Assembly: GCA_040752415.1 (NCBI GenBank)
Contig: JBFMGU010000126.1
Coordinates: 1 to 30,413 of the forward strand
Direction of reading: 5' to 3'
Source of the DNA: Myxococcota bacterium
Lineage (GTDB): Bacteria > Myxococcota > JACRCW01
Length of the DNA: 30,413 nt
Below are positions 24,893-30,413 of this stretch, piece by piece. Under the pieces are notes generated by a model. It made no database searches, was not told the DNA's origin, and saw only the letters and a list, made by a program, of their open reading frames with translations. The stretch's first letter is position 1, and the number at the start of each line of letters is the position of its first letter. The position numbers and the translations under genes were made by a program.

Positions 24893-25462
24893 ATGATGTT
24901 CCAGACGTTGCTGACGGTCCTGGTGTTGGCAGGTGCCCCGGATGAGGCCGCGGCCGGGCTTGCGCAAGCGGAACAGCCCGCGCCCACGACGACGGAACCC
25001 GCGCCCGCGCCACCACCACCTGCGCCCGCTCCGCCCTCCGCCGACCCCACCGCCACCTCGCCCACGCCGCCGCCCGATGCCGCTCCCGCTCCCGCGCCCA
25101 CGTCGGAGGCGGCGCCCGCGCCCGAGACACCCGCGCCCGCACGCGCCAAGGCACCGCACCAGCGCCCGTGGTGGTCCTTTGCCGGGATCCTGGGCGGGCT
25201 CACCGTCTCGGCGGTGGCGGCGGCGGTGACGGTGGGCGGCGTGGCCACGCAGGCGTTGGCGCTGTACTTCTGGGTGGAGCAGACGCGCACCGACGGTCGA
25301 CTGGCCGAGCGCCAGGCCCGCACCGAGCGCGCGCGCATCACGCAGTGGATTGCGTTGGGCCTGATGATCGGCGGCGCCATCTCGTTCTTCTCCGGCCTCA
25401 TTGGCGCCACCTACGCGCTGGGCCTGGGCAATCCCGCCGCCACGCGGCCCGAGGACGTCTGA
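24893..25462 (+). CDS. Pro/Ala-rich membrane protein
   Basis: Signal-like N-terminus, PAP-rich stalk and two C-terminal hydrophobic segments. Confidence 0.65.
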   Translation: MMFQTLLTVLVLAGAPDEAAAGLAQAEQPAPTTTEPAPAPPPPAPAPPSADPTATSPTPPPDAAPAPAPTSEAAPAPETPAPARAKAPHQRPWWSFAGILGGLTVSAVAAAVTVGGVATQALALYFWVEQTRTDGRLAERQARTERARITQWIALGLMIGGAISFFSGLIGATYALGLGNPAATRPEDV

Positions 25463-25463
25463 A

Positions 25464-25596
25464 GGGGTGTCCGGGAGTCCCGAGAGGAAGTCAGAAGTCA
25501 GAATACAGAAGTCAGAAGGTGTTCACCGCTCGTCGTCGCGGGATCGCGTCCGGACTCCTCACTCCTGACCTCCGTTCCAGGACTCTCCGACACCCT
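25464..25596. mobile_element. MITE/REP-like intergenic element with terminal inverted repeats and GAAGTCA heptamers (copy 1)
   Basis: GGGGTGTCCGGGAGTCC (25464-25480) matches the reverse complement of 25580-25596 (AGGGTGTCGGAGAGTCC) at 14/17. Four GAAGTCA-type units lie at 25487-25514, with degenerate inverted heptamers at about 25553-25572. Confidence 0.55.
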
Positions 25597-25652
25597 CGCC
25601 CCTCCCCACGTTGACCGTCGGTTGGGTGCGGCTCCATCGTCCGTGGCCACGG

Positions 25653-28562
25653 ATGACGTCTGCCCATCTGCTGATCGCCCTGGCGCTGCTGCCCCGTCAG
25701 GTTCCCCCTGAGTCCATTCCCGACGTGCGCCTGGTGGTGAGCGGGCGCACCGGCGGCGTGGCGGCCCATCCCACGCGCATGCTGGCTCCATCGCTGCTGG
25801 CGGAGAAGCTCCCGAGCGCCACCGTGCGACACGTGGGATTCACCGCCTACGAACGCCGCGGCTGCTACCTCTTTTCCGACGAGCCCGTGGAGCTTCCCGA
25901 GCTGCACGCGCGCCTGGCGGACCCCGCTCGCCGACGTGTCTCCGCGGTCACGGAGGACGCCGCGCAGAGCACGCTGGACCTGAGTTGGGACGACGTGGGC
26001 GGGCGCTGGATGACCTGGCTCGTCGCCGCCGCCGCGGCCACGCCCGGGGCGCATCACCTGGAGCGCGTGACGGTGACGCGGACGCGCTGGGAGACGCAGG
26101 CGGGAACGTTGCTTGGCGTGGAGACGCCGGGGTGCACCAGGGAGGACGCCGCGGTTGCCGACCCGTTGCAGTGGGAGGTCCGCTCCGTCACCGAGCTGCG
26201 GCTGGATTCGCCCGACGGCAATCCCGCGCGCGTGTGGAGCGTGGCGCGGCCCATGGGGGAGGGTTCTCGTCGACACGTGGCGCACCGGGAGCGCATGCGC
26301 GAGGCGCGCGAGCAGGGAACCGTGGCGCTGGAGTTGTTGGCGGGCGTGAACATCGAAGGGTCCAGCTATCTCGAGACCACCACGAGCCTGCACCGCCCCA
26401 TCAGCGCGGACGCGTTGAAGGCGCGCTCCCCGTCGGTGTGGGTGCCGCAGGGTGACGAGCTCTACGACGGCGTCTCGCGTTTCCGCGCGCTGGCTTCCCA
26501 CGTGGGCGCGGTACCCGTGAGCGCCAACCTGCGACTCGCCGACGGGGCCGAGCCGTTTCCCGCGTACGCGTGGATCAGCGCGGGGGCGCGGCGACTGCTC
26601 GTCGTGGGGGTCACCGGGACGCAGGAGGCCACGCGGGTGCCCGCGTCGGTGTCGCGACAGATCCGCATCCTGCCGCCCGCGCCCGCGGTGCAAGCCGCCC
26701 TGAAACGCGCGGTGAACGAATCGGGTGCGTGGCCGGATCTCGTCGTGGTGCTGGGGGTGTTGGAGGGCGCGGATGCGGAAGCGGTGACGGAGCTTCCCGG
26801 TGTCGACGTGGCGTACGTGCGCTTCCAGAAGTCCTATCACGCCGAGCAGGTGGAGGCCGCGCTGCCGTCCACCGAGGCCCGGGGCTCACGCACCAGCCCG
26901 TTCCTGCCCGCGCTCTCCACCTACCGCGTGGAGCACACGGACCTGTGGTTCCACGTCGGCAACGGCGGCCCCGCGCGCCTGCGTCACGTGGCGGACCCGC
27001 TCACCATCGACGCGCCCCGCGACGAGGACTTTGCCTACCGTGTGCAACAGGTCCGTCAGCCCATCTATGAGCGCGGCGCGCAGGTGGTGCTGGGCGACAT
27101 TGCTCCGCTGCTGGAGGGCCGCGCCGCGGATCCCGACGTGGTGAAGGCCGCGGGTGAGGACGCCACCCATCCCGCGCGACTGGGCGCGCCAATGTTCAGC
27201 ACGCTCACCGCCGCGCTGGTGCAGGACGCCATGGGCGCCGACGTGGCCATCACGCCGCCACCGCGCGAGTTCTGGCGCACGCCGGGGGGATTCAGCCAGC
27301 TGCGTCTGCAGGCGGCGCTGATGGGCCAGGATCCGTTGGTGGTGGCGCTGCTCTCCGGACCGGAGCTGGAGAAGACGGTGGCCAACGCGCGCGCGTCGGG
27401 GCTGGGCGTGACGGGGATGGTGGGCGGCCAGGTGGGGGGGCGGCCGGTGGAGCCCAAAGAGCGCTATCTCGTCGCCACCACCGAGGCCGTGGCAGTGCAG
27501 CTCGGTCTGGAGGGGAAGATCATCGCGCGGCGCTTCGTGCGCGTGGGGCCGCGCTGGATTCCCACGCCCGCGGGTGGTGAGCGGGTGGCCTACCGTTCCG
27601 TCGTCATGAACGGGCTGGATGCGCTCAGGCAGCGGTACGCGTCGCGTGGTGAATTCGGTCCTTCCTATCTCAACGCGCTCTCCGGCTACCTGGTTCCCCG
27701 CGGCACCACGCTCACCCCGCGCCTCATGTTCGAAGCGCGCGACGTCACCGCCTCCTTCAGCTTCTACGACGTGCGCGGACAGGACCAGTACAGCCAGGTC
27801 CCCGACAGTCGCGTCCGCACGCCGCGCAACACCGCCGTCCTCCTCAACGGCATGGTCCGTGGTGCTCTGGAGACGCGTTACCTGGCGCTGGAGACGCGGC
27901 TGTCCGCGCGCTGGGACCGACGCATCTTCGGCGAGAACGACATCAAGGAGGCGTTCAATACCTGGAACGTCGTCACGGAGGCGCGCGAGCCGTTCCTGGC
28001 GGTGAACATTCCGTGGGTGCTGACGCGCGTGGAGCCGTTCCTCTCGCTGCAATACGAGTCGCAGTTCCTTCCCGGCACCTCGCCCACGTTGGGGAAGCTG
28101 CCGCCGGTGGCGTTCGGTCGTGCGTCGGGCGGTGCCGCGGTGTTCGGGCAGAAGGTGCTCAAGGAGCTGCGCATTGGCCCCGTGGTGCAGCACGACTTCA
28201 ACCAGACGCTCTACACCGAGCAGACCCGCTGGCGACTTCCCGGGACCAGCGTGGGCGTCGAGAGCAGCGCACTGCTGGCCTATGAGCTGGGGGTCATCAC
28301 GGTGGAAGCCAATGGTGCGTGGCGCTGGCTGGCCCCGCGTCCGGACGTCGACACTCCGCGCGACCTGGCGGTGACCATGCTCCTGCGCACGGCCGTGAAG
28401 GCACGCATCATCGACGGGCTCAGCGTCTCCACCTTCGGTGACATGTACGTGTTCCAGGGCAAGATGCCCGGCAACACCCCGGGTCTCTCCGCCACCGTGG
28501 GCGTGGGAATCGCCGCGGATCGTCGGTGGAAGCCGCTCACGGAGCTTGCGTACTTCTGGTGA
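25653..28562 (+). CDS. Large exported protein: degenerate 5'-nucleotidase-like domains plus a probable C-terminal outer-membrane beta-barrel
   Basis: Signal-like N-terminus. Scaffold motifs VPVSANL, LLVVGVT, PDLVVVL, LPGVDV, GADVAI, LSGPEL and ERYLVAT. The last ~270 aa show alternating amphipathic beta-strands and end in YFW. Confidence 0.7.
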   Translation: MTSAHLLIALALLPRQVPPESIPDVRLVVSGRTGGVAAHPTRMLAPSLLAEKLPSATVRHVGFTAYERRGCYLFSDEPVELPELHARLADPARRRVSAVTEDAAQSTLDLSWDDVGGRWMTWLVAAAAATPGAHHLERVTVTRTRWETQAGTLLGVETPGCTREDAAVADPLQWEVRSVTELRLDSPDGNPARVWSVARPMGEGSRRHVAHRERMREAREQGTVALELLAGVNIEGSSYLETTTSLHRPISADALKARSPSVWVPQGDELYDGVSRFRALASHVGAVPVSANLRLADGAEPFPAYAWISAGARRLLVVGVTGTQEATRVPASVSRQIRILPPAPAVQAALKRAVNESGAWPDLVVVLGVLEGADAEAVTELPGVDVAYVRFQKSYHAEQVEAALPSTEARGSRTSPFLPALSTYRVEHTDLWFHVGNGGPARLRHVADPLTIDAPRDEDFAYRVQQVRQPIYERGAQVVLGDIAPLLEGRAADPDVVKAAGEDATHPARLGAPMFSTLTAALVQDAMGADVAITPPPREFWRTPGGFSQLRLQAALMGQDPLVVALLSGPELEKTVANARASGLGVTGMVGGQVGGRPVEPKERYLVATTEAVAVQLGLEGKIIARRFVRVGPRWIPTPAGGERVAYRSVVMNGLDALRQRYASRGEFGPSYLNALSGYLVPRGTTLTPRLMFEARDVTASFSFYDVRGQDQYSQVPDSRVRTPRNTAVLLNGMVRGALETRYLALETRLSARWDRRIFGENDIKEAFNTWNVVTEAREPFLAVNIPWVLTRVEPFLSLQYESQFLPGTSPTLGKLPPVAFGRASGGAAVFGQKVLKELRIGPVVQHDFNQTLYTEQTRWRLPGTSVGVESSALLAYELGVITVEANGAWRWLAPRPDVDTPRDLAVTMLLRTAVKARIIDGLSVSTFGDMYVFQGKMPGNTPGLSATVGVGIAADRRWKPLTELAYFW

Positions 28563-28651
28563 AACACCGCGTGGCCTGCGCGCGCACCAGTCCGTCGCGG
28601 GGGCATGCGCGCACGTGACAGGCCCCCGCCCGACGGATTACCCATGAGGCC

Positions 28652-30181
28652 GTGAGCTCCGACAACCAGCCTGCCCTCGCCCCATCCCTTTCCCCGTCCA
28701 CCCGCAGCAACGTTGCGCTGGTTCCGCCGGTGTCATCTTCGACGCTGCCGGCCCTGCCCAACGACACGCTGCCCGGCCCCGACGCGTACCTCTACGGTCG
28801 CAAGGGTCCCTGGCCGCAGCCTTCGCCCGCGCATCCCCAGGGTGAGTCCGCCGCGGTCATCCACCTTCCCGACGACGAGCAGGCGGAGTGGAACAAGGCC
28901 ATTGGCGACCGCTACCTGAAGAACCTGCTCACCTACTGGCCCACGGCGCTGGTCTATGCGCTGGAGAATCCGCACGTCGAGATCATGGAGGACGACGAGT
29001 TCGGCGAGCTCTTCCGCAACAGCGTGATGAGCCGCTTCCTCTGTCCCAAGCTGGACCCGCCGGACCTCGCGGCGTTCGCCCCGTTCCTGGCCAATCCCCC
29101 GCCGGGCAGCACGTTCTTCAAGGCGGACTTCTCGGCCATGGGCTACGTGCAGCCGTATGAGGGCATGTACATCGCTCCGTCGGTGGTGCTGTTGCGGCGG
29201 GATGCCAAGGGCACGCTCACGCTGGTGGCCATCCGCGTTTATGACGTCGTCATGTCGCCGGTGAACGTGAATGCGTGGCCACTGGCCAAGTGCATTGCGC
29301 TGCAGGGCGCCACCACCCGGCTCATCCTCTCCTTCCATCCCAACCTGCACTTCCCCTACGACGCCATCAACGCGGTGACCAAGACCGCGCTGCCCAAGGA
29401 CCACCTGGTCTTCAAGCTGCTCTACCCGCACACTCAGTACACGCTGGTGCTCGACAACACGGTGCTCACCAACGAGTTCAGCGTGCTCAACAACTGGCGC
29501 TGGTTGATCTACGCGCCGTTCGCGGGCACCTCCACGGGGCTGCGCAACCTCGTCGTGGCGGGACACCAGGGCATTCCCGGCAACAGCGCCTACCCGGAGT
29601 TCCGCTTTCCCGTGGCGGGCGCGGAGGTGGAGGGGCCGTACGGAGAGTTCCTGCGCGCGTACTGGAACACGTTCAAGGGCTTTGTCACCACGGTGCTGCA
29701 GAAGCTCCCGCCGCGTGACCCGTTGGTGGCGCGTTGGGCGGACCATATCGCGCCGTGGGTGAAGGGCTTCCCGGACAGCCGCACCATCTTCGAGGGCGAC
29801 ACGCTGGCCAACGTCATCACCACGTACATGCACGACGTCAGCGTGGCCCACGCCTGCGACCACTACGACCTGGGCACCTACTCCATCAACAAGCTGCCCT
29901 TGCGTCTGCGCGTGCCGCCGCCCGCTTCACCGGACATCCCCAAGCAGGACCCGGCGAAGTTCATGAAGAAGGTGGACGTCTTCAAGTACAAGATGGCAGC
30001 GAAGATGTTCTTTGATCCCACCAACGTGACCCTGCTCCACGAGGTGGATTACAACTTCACCGACCCGCAGCTCATCCAGGCCAACAACGTCTTCCTGCAG
30101 GCGCTGCGCGAAACCGAGGCGAATCTCAAGGTGAAGAACTTCATCCCGCTCAACCAGATTGCCTGCAGCATCCAGTACTGA
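28652..30181 (+). CDS. Divergent lipoxygenase-fold protein
   Basis: WPLAK, HPNLH..AVTKTALPKDHLVFKLLYPHTQYTL, SVAHACDH and C-terminal ACSIQY align by eye with the LOX catalytic-domain motifs. GAGG lies upstream of the GTG. Confidence 0.78.
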   Translation: MSSDNQPALAPSLSPSTRSNVALVPPVSSSTLPALPNDTLPGPDAYLYGRKGPWPQPSPAHPQGESAAVIHLPDDEQAEWNKAIGDRYLKNLLTYWPTALVYALENPHVEIMEDDEFGELFRNSVMSRFLCPKLDPPDLAAFAPFLANPPPGSTFFKADFSAMGYVQPYEGMYIAPSVVLLRRDAKGTLTLVAIRVYDVVMSPVNVNAWPLAKCIALQGATTRLILSFHPNLHFPYDAINAVTKTALPKDHLVFKLLYPHTQYTLVLDNTVLTNEFSVLNNWRWLIYAPFAGTSTGLRNLVVAGHQGIPGNSAYPEFRFPVAGAEVEGPYGEFLRAYWNTFKGFVTTVLQKLPPRDPLVARWADHIAPWVKGFPDSRTIFEGDTLANVITTYMHDVSVAHACDHYDLGTYSINKLPLRLRVPPPASPDIPKQDPAKFMKKVDVFKYKMAAKMFFDPTNVTLLHEVDYNFTDPQLIQANNVFLQALRETEANLKVKNFIPLNQIACSIQY

Positions 30182-30211
30182 TGGGGCCGTGGGGTTCCTG
30201 GGGTTCCCAAG

Positions 30212-30300
30212 GGAAAGGAAGTCAGAAGTCAGAAGTCAGAAGTCAGAGGGGCGCTGCGACGTCGAGCGGTCAGCACCTTCTGAAGGGCTGTCGGATAATC
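30212..30300. repeat. Second, inverted copy of the heptamer-containing intergenic element
   Basis: Four perfect GAAGTCA units at 30218-30245. 30256-30283 is the reverse complement of 25512-25539 at 25/28 identity. Confidence 0.75.
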
Positions 30301-30413
30301 GGCAGGGAGGGAAGTGCCGAGCGCGTCACGAAGCGGGTGAGCGGAAGCAGCGGCGCCCTGGAGAGGGTGTCTCGGAATATCTGGCGGCGATTGAACCGGA
30401 AACCCCGGTCACC

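Noticed and set aside
30283..30413. Start of an IS element at the right edge
   Set aside because: Only short TIR-like words are present and no transposase ORF is visible before the window ends, so it cannot be called.

Overview
A GC-rich, gene-dense 30.4 kb bacterial window. The AgmX/PglI-type TonB-C protein, the Cys-rich giant lipoprotein and the split methylmalonyl-CoA mutase point to Myxococcota or a related deltaproteobacterium (inferred from gene content). About 24 CDS are supportable. Ordinary genes include a methylmalonyl-CoA mutase large subunit, xth, thioredoxin, an MDR oxidoreductase, an NRDE protein, several hydrolases and an ETHE1-like persulfide dioxygenase. I recognised no rRNA, tRNA, CRISPR-cas or transposase. 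The most notable observations are: (1) a translationally coupled pair of a lipoprotein with a cohesin-like domain and a secreted M1 aminopeptidase with a C-terminal dockerin, possibly a non-cellulosomal surface-docking system; (2) a divergent lipoxygenase-fold protein with an unusual ligand set (HPNLH, HACDH, C-terminal Tyr), next to a degenerate 5'-nucleotidase/beta-barrel fusion, with the two genes bracketed by inverted copies of a heptamer-containing MITE/REP-like element; (3) a phased ~21-bp TGCCTGG array running through the stop codon of a hypothetical gene; (4) a putatively sigma54-driven Hsp20/host-attachment (baeRF)/CBS stress cassette; (5) a 32-aa membrane smORF. All family assignments come from reading motifs by eye; no searches were run.
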